This document shows positions 34,362-44,256 of a stretch of 64,000 nt of DNA, one piece after another (within the stretch, counting starts at the first letter, position 1; each line of letters opens with the position of its first letter). The DNA is from Pelagomonas calceolata (Eukaryota), in contig CAKKNE010000002.1 of NCBI GenBank assembly GCA_918797485.1, forward strand, positions 1,302,001 to 1,366,000. The letters are read 5' to 3'. The position numbers and the translations under genes are program-made. The notes under the pieces are model-generated. The model was given only the letters and a program-made list of their open reading frames with translations. It was not told the origin of the DNA and made no database searches.

Positions 34362-34385
34362 GCTAGTGTCTTACACGACGCTAGC
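34362..34385 (-). promoter_or_regulatory. Bipartite CTAG intergenic motif
   Basis: GCTAGTGTCTTACACGACGCTAGC between divergent genes. Confidence 0.65.
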
Positions 34386-34566
34386 TTCACAGCGCTTTGT
34401 CCAGCGGTTTTTGCGGATTACGCGAAACCAGGGGCTTAGTTCACGTCTTGTTTGTCATCAAACAACTCCTGTGCTGCGCGCGGAGAACCCTGCATCCAGT
34501 CGCTGCTTGAAACGGCTCAGTACACAGCAAATAAGCAAAGGCCCATCCTAGGGGCGTTGCGTAACA

Positions 34567-35463
34567 ATGGGCTGCGGCGCGAGCCAGCACCGCCAGCCCT
34601 ACGACAACACTCGACAAGTGCACCAGGACCACCAAGATAGCCGGAGACTGGTGCGGCTGCGCGATGTCGATGAGCGCAACACGCAGCGCCACTCGACGCG
34701 CGAGCTGCAACGGGTCGACGTCATCAAGGCGCGGCGAAGGGAGAGCGAAGCCGCCATCGCGAACCTGCCCAAACCATCAACGCCCGAAAAACTACCTTAT
34801 CTAAAAAAGCGCATGTCGGCGCTCATGTCTCCGGAGCGCGATGCATTAAAACGCGACCTGTCGTCCCTATCGAAGAGCGATACTAGTTCGTTAGCGTCGC
34901 GATTGGCCAAGCTCGGTCTGGCCTCGCACGAGATGCGCGGCGACGGCAACTGCCAGTTTAGAGGATTGGCGTTCAACCTGTTCGGGAGTCAGGAGCACCA
35001 CGCCATTGTGAGAAAAGCGTGTTGCGATCATATCAAGACCCATGCGGATTTTTTCAAAGTGTTCTTCGACGGTGATCAAGAATTTGAGAGGTACTTGCAC
35101 AATATGTCTCAGGATCGGCACTGGGGCGACGAATTGACGCTGCGCGCGGCCGTCGAGGCGTATTCGTGTATAGCGCACATTATTAGTTCGGAGGCGCAGA
35201 ACTGGTATCTTGTTTACACGCCTGAAAGTACCGATGATGTCGAGATGATGTTACCAGTGGGTGTGGCGGCGCCGCCCAAAAACAAGGATGTGTATCTATC
35301 ATACGTGTCGCCGATCCACTACAATTCGGTGGTGGTTAGTACGGTCGACAACCAAGGCATGGCGGGCTGGGCGCGGACGGAGGACCCGGCGACGGGCCGG
35401 ACCTACTACTTTAATGTGGAGACGCGGGAGACGAGCTGGACGTGGCCGCCCGAGACTTCGTGA
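34567..35463 (+). CDS. OTU-family deubiquitinase with C-terminal WW domain; MGCGAS acylation motif
   Basis: 'GDGNCQFR', 'WGDELTL', 'IHYNS', 'W....DP.TGRTYYFN...TSW..P'. Confidence 0.9.
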   Translation: MGCGASQHRQPYDNTRQVHQDHQDSRRLVRLRDVDERNTQRHSTRELQRVDVIKARRRESEAAIANLPKPSTPEKLPYLKKRMSALMSPERDALKRDLSSLSKSDTSSLASRLAKLGLASHEMRGDGNCQFRGLAFNLFGSQEHHAIVRKACCDHIKTHADFFKVFFDGDQEFERYLHNMSQDRHWGDELTLRAAVEAYSCIAHIISSEAQNWYLVYTPESTDDVEMMLPVGVAAPPKNKDVYLSYVSPIHYNSVVVSTVDNQGMAGWARTEDPATGRTYYFNVETRETSWTWPPETS

Positions 35464-35580
35464 GCCTCCGCGCCATCGAGGAGCCGACGCGATCACGGGG
35501 ACACCGTCGCGTCGACGGCGTGGGGCGCTCGAAGACGGGCTTATCAGTAATGTGAAAGAAATGTGTTCAACAGACATGCC

Positions 35581-36636
35581 TTAGTTAAAATGGTAATAGT
35601 CCGTCCCTTCAATCGCGCCGAGCTTTTTAGCAGCGGCTCGCACGAAAGAAACGAGCTCCGGATTGCGCATCGACACGCACACGACAAATGGCGCGCGGAT
35701 CTCGTCGACGTGCCGCACGGGCATCGACAGGCCCGTCGCGCCGTTGTGGTATGTCCCGAGCTTCGCGTCATCAACATCATATAGGGCCTCAACCACCGAA
35801 GCCCGGCCTAGCAACGCGAGCTCGTTCAAAAAGCAGCGCCCGTCGCGGCCCGCGCCCCAGACGTGAATTTTCCGGCCTTTCCACATCCCGTCCAGGATTT
35901 GCTTCACAAAAGCCGCGACGCGACACTTGACCAGTTCCTTGCGATGCGTCATGGACGACAATCCCTCAGACAGCGTATAAACGACGAGGTCCTCCTCAAC
36001 TCGAAAAAGGCGGCCGCCGCGGCCCACGTGTCTCAAAAAAAATCTTAAATCGTCGCACGTCGCTCCATTATCATCGTAGCGGCCCGCGCTTCTCCATAAG
36101 GCCCGGTGGAAGAACCATGTGGGTTGAATTAAAGTGCACTCGCGGAACCTTTCGAGGAACAGCCGCTCTGAAGATAATGAGTTGGCCCACGCTGCATAAC
36201 GCGCCGTCGCGTTGGGCGGGTGTCGTGAAAAACGGGACCCGAAGAGGGTGTTCTTCGCGTCAGGTTGCGTTTCGGCCGCTCGTCGTAACGCCGCGACGCG
36301 CCGCGGCCGGCTCGTGTCGTCCGCATCACAAGTTAAAATCCAGTCGTATGACGCGTGCTCTATTCCAACGTTCCTTGCGCGCGCCGCGCCGCCGTTCCTC
36401 TCTTGTCGGATGACGCGGAGGCTCATCTGTAGTCGTGCGAAGCGGGCCTGCCACTGTCGCGCTTTCACGGAAGTGCCGTCTTCAGACCCATCGTCGACGA
36501 TTAGAACCTCGAGCTCGAGGTCCGTGCGCTGGGCGAGCAGCGACGCGAGGCAGGCGTCGATCGTCTGTGACGCGTTGAACGCGGGCACGACGCAGGTGAC
36601 TCCATTGATGTTCGTGGCTGCGGCTAGCGCGGCCAT
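35581..36636 (-). CDS. GT2 glycosyltransferase, B3GNTL1/QTGAL-like
   Basis: 'VVPAFNA', 'VDDGSED', 'ARN.G', 'DADD', 'IQPTWF', 'VWGAGRDG'. Confidence 0.8.
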   Translation of the reverse strand: MAALAAATNINGVTCVVPAFNASQTIDACLASLLAQRTDLELEVLIVDDGSEDGTSVKARQWQARFARLQMSLRVIRQERNGGAARARNVGIEHASYDWILTCDADDTSRPRRVAALRRAAETQPDAKNTLFGSRFSRHPPNATARYAAWANSLSSERLFLERFRECTLIQPTWFFHRALWRSAGRYDDNGATCDDLRFFLRHVGRGGRLFRVEEDLVVYTLSEGLSSMTHRKELVKCRVAAFVKQILDGMWKGRKIHVWGAGRDGRCFLNELALLGRASVVEALYDVDDAKLGTYHNGATGLSMPVRHVDEIRAPFVVCVSMRNPELVSFVRAAAKKLGAIEGTDYYHFN

Positions 36637-36913
36637 GCCTGCAGTGCTACAGCTGTCAGCGGTCCCGGGCTGCGCTTTGAGCGCGGCGTTTTGGCCTGTT
36701 ATCTGTCGCGTAACATCTGTACGACTGCCTGTGGCAAGCGGTGAGCCGTCTAGGTCGGCTGCTAGGGCGGGAGCTAATTTGCAGCTTTGGCAGAGCACTT
36801 TGCTGCCAGGGCTCTGCCGCCACACACGTCCACCAACACGCCAGCCGAGGACGCACGGCTGCTCAGGGAGTGCTACCCAGTCGCTTCTACTGGCGCAGAG
36901 ACGCTTGGCACCG

Positions 36914-37326
36914 ATGCGCGCCGCGCAACTACGCACTGCACTGCTGTGGGCGCTCTGCTCTGTGGCAGCAGCGCAGGAGGGCGTTCCAAGGCGTGGCCCT
37001 CCGCGCGGGCCCATCAAAGAAGATAAATCCACATTTTTCGGCAAGGAGGGCGACCAGTCGCATCCGTGCGGCAATCAACCGGCGGTCCGCGCCGCGGCGG
37101 CGTCGAGGACACGCCCTCGACGCCGTCGAGCAGTCGCACGCGCCGTCGCATCGACGGCGTACTCAGGCTTGATATTACAACGCGCAGGTCGCAGCGCGAG
37201 GCGAGCCCCTTCACGCAGTTCGCGCTCACCGGCTGCGCGCTCCTCCTCGTCGGCCTCGGTTTGCTCCAGATCTTCGGGACGATGGTTACTGTGAAAGCTA
37301 GAGACGAGACGAAGAAGAAGCAGTAG
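36914..37326 (+). CDS. Small signal-peptide + single-TM protein (exons 36914-37056, 37188-37326)
   Basis: MRAAQLRTALLWALCSVAAA... joins across an introner to a TM segment and KKKQ tail. Confidence 0.7.
37057..37187 (+). mobile_element. Introner intron (GT-AG, 131 bp)
   Basis: TSD GTCGCATC/GTCGCAGC (7/8); degenerate TIRs CGTGCGGCAATCAA and TTGAT...CGCGCAG. Confidence 0.82.
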
Positions 37327-37988
37327 TTATGATGGTGCCGGCGTCGCGGGGTCTTTCGAACGCGCGGGCGGCCGGCGGCCGGAGGGTAATTAGGAATAGT
37401 AGGAGTCCATTTTCCCATCCCGTCTATCCACATGCGGCTTGAAACGCGGTCCACGCCGGCTGGTGCTCTACAAGCTCGTAGGCTGGTGATGCTGGTGGCC
37501 TCTCGCGGCGCCATCTTCACTGAAAATCAAGTGCGAGGCGATTTTGTCCCGGTCACCGGTACAGGGACGTTTCTTGGTCACCTTGACGGTTTTTTGGCGC
37601 GGTTTTTTGGGCGCCTTGCGTAACTTTCTAGAGGGTCTACGATGTCTCCAAACAGCATCGAACTCTCAGGCATTTAGAGTGTGCTGCGGCGTCGCAATCT
37701 GACTTTCACAGCTAATCGCAGTTGCGCATCGCATAACTGCTGCGTCGCACGGCGTTCCGACGCTGCTCCGAGCGCGATACGCCCTGCGCGCATCGCGGGA
37801 GACCACTGGCGCATATCGCCGCCTAAGCAGTAGCGACGCGGCAAGCCGGATACGCGCCGCGATAACCGCTCCACGGTCGCATCGCTCACCCCAGCAGACG
37901 CTGTCGAAGCGCCAAAACACACAACACCCATCACAACACAAAAATCCCGTTTTCGAACGCGTCTCGCCAACGCAGGCAAGAGATAACC

Positions 37989-38505
37989 ATGTCCAACGTC
38001 ACCGGAGAATCGGTAGGCATCGACCTCGGCACGACCTACAGTTGCGTCGGCGTCTGGCAGAACGACCGCGTCGAGATCATCGCCAACGACCAGGGCAACC
38101 GCACGACGCCCTCCTATGTGGCGTTCAACGAGACGGAGCGCCTCATCGGCGACGCCGCCAAGAACCAGGTCGCCATGAACGCCTTCAACACGGTCTTCGA
38201 CGCGAAGCGCCTCATTGGGCGCAAGTTCACCGACAGCGCGGTCCAATCGGACATGAAGCACTGGCCGTTTAAAGTGACGAGCGGCGTCGGCGGCAAGCCC
38301 ACGATCCACGTCCAGTACCGCGGCGAGGAGAAGACCTTCGCCGCCGAGGAGATCTCGTCGATGGTGCTCATCAAGATGAAGGAGATCGCCGAGGCGTACC
38401 TCGGCAAGGACGTGAACAACGCCGTCGTCACCGTCCCGGCCTACTTCAACGACTCCCAGCGCCAGGCCACGAAGGACGCCGGCTCCATCGCGGGCCTCAA
38501 CGTCC

Positions 38506-38537
<32 letters not shown>

Positions 38538-40236
38538 ATCGCGTACGGCCTCGACAAGAAGGGCGACGAGCGCAACGTGCTGATCTTCGATCTGGGCGGC
38601 GGCACCTTCGACGTGTCTCTCTTAACGATCGAGGAGGGCATTTTTGAAGTGAAGGCGACGGCGGGCGACACGCATTTAGGGGGCGAGGACTTCGACAACC
38701 GCATGGTCTGACTCAGTGTCCGTTTTTGAACTTCGAGGTCGCGTCGATGGCGTCACCGCGACGTCACGCCACCTCCACTTCTTCGACGTGGCCGCGAGAG
38801 CGTCCACGCGTCTCGTGAGTGACCATCGGTCGACACAGGTCGACTACTTCCTGACCGAGTTCAAGCGCAAGTTCAAGAAGGACCTCAAGTCCAACCAGCG
38901 CGCCCTCCGACGCTTGCGCACGGCCTGCGAGCGCGCCAAGCGCACGCTGTCGTCGTCGACGCAAGCGCACCTCGAGATCGACTCGCTCTTCGAAGGCATC
39001 GACTTCAACTCGACGATCACGCGCGCGCGCTTCGAGGATTTGAACATGGACTACTTCCGCAAGTGCATGGACCCCGTCGAGAAGGTCATGCGCGACGCTA
39101 AATTATCCAAGTCGCAAGTCAACGAGGTCGTGCTCGTGGGCGGTTCCACGCGCATCCCCAAGATCCAGTCGTTGCTGGCCGACTTCTTCAACGGCAAGGA
39201 GCCCTGCAAGTCGATCAATCCTGATGAAGCTGTTGCGTACGGTGCCACCGTCCAAGCTGCGATCTTATCTGGTTCGGATTCTTCGGAAAAGCTGTCTGAC
39301 TTGCTGTTACTCGATGTTACTCCTCTGTCGCTCGGCTTGGAGACGGCGGGCGGCGTCATGACTGCTTTAATCAAGCGCAACACGACGGTGCCGGCCAAGA
39401 AGTCGCAGACCTTCAGTACCTACGCGGACAACCAGCCGGGCGTGCTCATCCAGGTCTTCGAGGGCGAGCGCTCCATGACCAAGGACAACAACCTGCTCGG
39501 CAAGTTCAACCTCGACGGCATCCCGCCCATGCCGCGCGGCCAGCCGCAGATCGAGGTGACCTTTGATATTGACGCGAACGGGATCCTCAACGTCTCCGCC
39601 GTCGAGAAGTCGACGGGCAAGGAGCAGAAGATCACGATCAAGAACGACAAGGGCCGCTTGTCGCAGGACGAGATCGACCGCATGGTCGACGAGGCCGAGC
39701 GCTACAAGGCCGAGGACGAAGCCAATAGGGTGCGCGTCGAGGCCAAGAACAGCCTCGAGAACTACTGCTACTCCATGAAGAACACCATGTCCGACGAGAA
39801 GCTCGCTTCTAAATTATCTGATGACGACAAGTCGACGGTCACCTCAAAGATCGACGAGACGACGTCGTGGCTCGACGCGAACCAGATGGCCGAGAAGGAG
39901 GAGTACGAGGCGAAGCAGAAGGAGCTCGAGGCGGTCGTGAATCCCATCCTTGCCGCTCTTGGGGGCGGGGCCGGAGGTGGAATGCCTGGGGGCATGCCGG
40001 GCGGTACTTGTGCGGTGTCTGAATTTTACTGAATTTCGCGTCGATGGCGTCGACGCGACTTCCCGTCGCCGTGAGGCCGTGTTCATGATCACGAGAAGCT
40101 ATCGCTGCGATCTGTTACTTGACTCCGTCTTTTCCCCACAGGTATGCCCGACATGGGCGGCATGGGTGGCGGCATGGGCGGCGCTCCGGCCGAGGAGCCC
40201 GCCGACGAGGGCCCGAAGATCGAGGAGATCGATTAA
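37989..40236 (+). CDS. HSP70: Cytosolic heat shock protein 70 (exons 37989-38705, 38839-40003, 40142-40236)
   Basis: 'GIDLGTTYS', '[14 protein letters not shown]', '[11 protein letters not shown]', GGMP repeats and C-terminal GPKIEEID. Confidence 0.97.
38706..38838 (+). other. HSP70 intron 1 (GT-AG), decayed introner
   Basis: Restores DNRM|VDYF. Start GTCTGACT resembles downstream GTCGACTA; ends CGACACAG; contains CGTCGATGGCGT. Confidence 0.88.
40004..40141 (+). other. HSP70 intron 2 (GT-AG), probably decayed introner
   Basis: Restores GG|MPDMGG...EEID; contains CGTCGATGGCGT; ends TTCCCCACAG. Confidence 0.85.
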
Positions 40237-40474
40237 AATGCCAGGAAACGGAGGAATCATCGCCTGCGACGGGCGAATTTCCCCGCGTTCCCGCCCTTTC
40301 CCGCGACGACGTAAAAAATGAGTTGTTTTTCCAATTATGATCGCGTCGAAGGCGCATGGCGTGGACCATGGCCCACGATTGCTAGTTCCCGGGATGCTTA
40401 GTTCGGGAGTAGGGATCTGGAGCGCGTCCTCACGGCGGGGTCCGGGGGTTCGCCATCGACAGGCGTGGCGCACC

Positions 40475-41113
40475 TCAGAGGAGCCCCAGGCGCCGCTTGT
40501 AATAAGGGACCCAGTAGCCGTCGATCACGATCGCCCCGGCGTACGTCCACGGCAGCAGGACGAGCAAGTCGGTCAGCGCCGGCTCATACGGGAAGCCCTT
40601 GAGGTAGACGTACACCGCGAAGGTCCCAAGGGTAAAAAGGGCCGTCGCCGTCAACTCGAACGCTGGGGAGCGGCGCTTGGGCTGGGGGCCGAGCGAGACG
40701 TCCCACTCCGGCCCCTTGGCGTAGTAGCCGCGGTTGATCATAATGCCGACGGTCGCTCTGCACAGAAGTGTCGCGAGCACGTACGCAACGGGCAAGAACA
40801 GGAGGAACTGGAACGGATTCAATGACTCGAGTCGCTCGACAGGAACGGAATCAACATATGAAGCCCACCCGAAGATAGAGAGTCCAATGGCCAGGAAACA
40901 AAAACCAACGACGCCGACGAACGCGCTCGTGGGCCACTGGAGCTCGGCGACGGCCAGGATCGAGTCGACGTCGACCTCGTCGCCGTGCGTGCGCAGGCCG
41001 TCCAAGTGCGGGGGGTAGACGTGCGGCTGCGCCTCCTCGGGCGAGTCCGAGGACGCGTCCGCCTCGATGAGGAACGGCGCTTCCTTCGACGCGCCGCCGG
41101 CGAGAAGCATCAT
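40475..41113 (-). CDS. Hypothetical multi-pass membrane protein
   Basis: 212-aa ORF with ~4 hydrophobic segments. Confidence 0.6.
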   Translation of the reverse strand: MMLLAGGASKEAPFLIEADASSDSPEEAQPHVYPPHLDGLRTHGDEVDVDSILAVAELQWPTSAFVGVVGFCFLAIGLSIFGWASYVDSVPVERLESLNPFQFLLFLPVAYVLATLLCRATVGIMINRGYYAKGPEWDVSLGPQPKRRSPAFELTATALFTLGTFAVYVYLKGFPYEPALTDLLVLLPWTYAGAIVIDGYWVPYYKRRLGLL

Positions 41114-41342
41114 GATGAGAGCGTAGTTAAGCGGGCACGGATCTTAGACTAACCCTTGCTACGAGGCCGTACAAGATGATGTCTCAACCTCTCAGGTGTT
41201 TTTTGGTATCTGAGCGTCTCAGAGAGTTGAACGCTCGACCGCGTGTTTGTCTCTGCTTCAGAGACTCGACGATTGACCGCGAAAACGCCTGAGCGAGCGC
41301 TTGGTGCCCCAAACCCGAGCAACCTAATCCTCAACTCCGGGA

Positions 41343-41365
41343 GCTAGCGGTCTGTAAGACACTAG
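41343..41365 (+). promoter_or_regulatory. Bipartite CTAG intergenic motif
   Basis: GCTAGCGGTCTGTAAGACACTAG between divergent genes. Confidence 0.65.
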
Positions 41366-41508
41366 GGAGGCAAAAAAATTTGCGAGGTCGATCGTCACGG
41401 CTCGCAAACGCAGCCCTTGGCAACGACATGGTTGCAAACCGTTGCTTCTAAAATAATTGCGAGCGCGACGTAGGAAGGGCTGCGGCGGAGGGCAGCCCAG
41501 CACCAAAG

Positions 41509-43943
41509 ATGGCGGCAGCCCGCAGCCGCAAAAAGCAAAACGGCGTCCTGCCCTGGATCGCGTTGCTTCTATTAGCGGTAGTAGTAGCAACATTCGTCTA
41601 CGCCCACGTGCACGTCGTGTCGCAGCACGGCACGGCTGTACATCCGCACATGCCGCCGCCGCGGGCAAGGCAGCTCGAGGAACCCGTGATACCAACAATG
41701 ATTGAGACGCCGGCACCATCACAGACAAAACGCAAGAAGACGATCAACGATATCACAAATGAACTGGACCCCATGGACCGGCTGCTCGAGCAGTCGCGGA
41801 TGCGCGCGGAACGAGGGGACGTCTGCGCCGACGATGTTTTTATTGTGCACTGGACGCACGTGCCGAAAGCGGGCGGCACGGCCTTCGCGGGCATGGCGAA
41901 GAAGATCTCCTGCGCGCGGAACCCGGCCATCGCTTCCTCGAACCCGTGCTGCGTCCGCGACGTCTGCGTGGCGGAAGGGTCGTGCCATTCCACCGCTTCC
42001 ACGTGTCCTCTAGTGCAAGGAATAGGCAAGCACACGTCGAACATGGGTCGGTTGGCGCTCGTGCCGTGCTGCGGGCGGGAGTGGTACCTGTCGACCGTGA
42101 TCTCGTTCTTGTGCCGACGCGGCGTGGGAAGCGGCCTTCAATATGTGTCGCGTCGATGGCATAGTGGGGCGCGAAGTCCACACGCGCCGTCGCGGCGATG
42201 GCGTGCTGGTGTGGTAGAAGTGCTACCCTCGAGACGACGCGCCGCGCTGATCAACTTGGTGTGGCCGCACGATGGCGTAGAGGGTGGCGTCGACGGTCGT
42301 CGTCCGCGCAGGCGCTACGCGATCCGGCCGGCGCCGACGGACGACGAGCTGGCCAAGTTCGGCCTAGCTTATGATCCGCATCGACCGTACCACCCCGTAT
42401 ATAACGGTGCAGCAATCAAAGCGTGACCTCCGTGATAGATGGCACGCACGGATACCACCTTCGAACGTCGCCGCGATGGCGTGCCGGTGGGGTAGAAGTC
42501 TCATCAAGCCGTCGAGCAGACGCGGTCGCGTCGATGGCGTCACGTGGACACTGAACCCCATGCCGCGCCATCGCCGAGAAACGACACCGATCGATGTCCG
42601 CACAGGTCAAAGTGAAAAAGGAGCGGCTCACGGGAAAAAGTGCGGCGCCCATGGGCGCCCTCGCGGCGACGGCGGGCATGGGCAAAGGGACCCAATTAGC
42701 TCTACGAGCCAAAGGTTATGCCAGTTGGCCGGTAGAAAAGAGGGTCGAATTTTTTGCGAAGACCGGAGTCAATTGGGCGGAGCTGAAGAAACGATTGACC
42801 GAGAAGCGCATGGCTCCTAATGATGACGAGTCTACCGGGTTGCTGAAGGAGTTAAGAGCTGTGTATGATCGCGTCGCCCTCCCGAAAAATATGACGTATG
42901 GTGGCTCGCAAAAACATAGATTTCCGCGACCGGGCGAGCCTTCCCTACAAGCTCGCTTCTGTGCGAAGTCCTCGAGAGACTTGGTGGAGGGCATAGACCG
43001 CCCCCACGAGTGCTGCCACAAGCGAGGAGTAGGAGCTTCAAGCGCCACGATGATCCGCCAACCCTGGGTGCGGGGCGTCTCGGCCTATTTTTATCGAGGC
43101 CACAATCCCAATTATGACGCTTATAAATTACGACCGGGCCTCTGGGTCCATCCGAACGATCGAAAACTGTATCCAGCACTCATCGGTCAAAAAACATACA
43201 CTTTTAAGGAGTACCTCGGCATGCCCGAGTATCAAAATGTGATCACGAAGATGTTCGGGGATAGCGCGGAGTGCCCCCAGGTGCAGCACTGCCGGCGGAA
43301 GCCTGGCTCGGACATTTCGGCTACTTGCGACATGGTGACCGGGTGCCACGGGTACCGGAACACGACCTACTTGAACGAGGAACACATTGATGCAGCAGTG
43401 GAGAGTTTGAAGGCGCATGCCTTCGTGGGGTTGCTCGAGGCGTACAACGCTTCCGTGTTACTGGCTGCTGCGGAGTTCGGCGTTCATAATCTCGAGGAGG
43501 ACGATTTTGCCCAATCTAGACCGTCTGCCGCTCTCCAGGCGGACTGTAGTCCGTCTCGGGTCTTGCGGGCGGACGCCGACGCGTGTCGAGCGGCCTTCTC
43601 GGCGTATTCCTTGGACAATATTGTGTATGAGCGAGCTCACAGACTATTCTGCGATCGCCTGGACGTGAAAGGGCTGCTTGAGCGAGATGATGTTCGCAAG
43701 GAGCTTACGAAGAGAAAACTCTGTGGCGAGGTCGACTATTCGAAGGTAGAGCACGTCTGCGGCCCTCTGGAGACGCCCGCGGCGTTTGAGAAATTGAAGA
43801 CGCTGCGCGCGGCCTGCGTCCCGGGGGGCCTCGGCCGTCTCAAAAAGAACCCGCGCCAGCCGCCGCCTCTCCCCAGACCGCGGGAGTGGTGGCTGAGCAC
43901 GTACGGCTATCACTACGACGGCGACCGGACGCCGGCGAGCTAA
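41509..43943 (+). CDS. Golgi-type (type II membrane) sulfotransferase-family protein (introns 42111-42311 and ~42421-42605)
   Basis: N-terminal TM; 5'-PSB 'HVPKAGGT', 3'-PB 'IRQPWVRGVSAYFY', 'FVGLLE', 'LD..VYE'. Confidence 0.8.
42111..42311 (+). other. GT-AG intron (201 bp, in-frame, stop-free) with introner internal motifs
   Basis: Several CGATGGC motifs; ends TCCGCGCAG; spliced product reads FLRYAIR. Confidence 0.65.
42421..42605 (+). other. GC-AG intron (donor uncertain: 42409, 42412 or 42421)
   Basis: Required to join the ORFs; ends TCCGCACAG; ATCAAAGC resembles downstream GTCAAAGT. Confidence 0.65.
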
Positions 43944-44256
43944 CTAACTATATTTTGGTATTATTTTATTAAGTCACTAACAACACGTCGCCATACCCTC
44001 TCGTCGACGGCGTGGGGGCGGTCACGCAGATCTCCTCGCGTCGGCTCACGGCTAGTGCCCGAAGCTAGCGTAAGCCGCTTCGAATCGAGCGCGAAGCTGC
44101 CGCACACGTGCCGCGCCGGCGAAAGGGCTACCACAAACGCGCGCGCCTTGCCTGCTTTGCGTCGTCGCAGTGATCGCGAGGCCCGACTTGTGCCCCATCA
44201 GCGCGCCATCGCCGCGTTTTTTACCCCACCAGGGCTGCCCGGCACGCGTGTCAAAA

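Noticed and set aside
36212..37294. 360-aa plus-strand ORF
   Set aside because: Mostly antisense to the GT2 gene; only 36914-37056 is a plausible exon.
37989..40236. HSP70, ETFDH, PRMT7-like and LRR genes as frameshifted pseudogenes
   Set aside because: All breaks are explained by GT/GC-AG introns that restore the frame.
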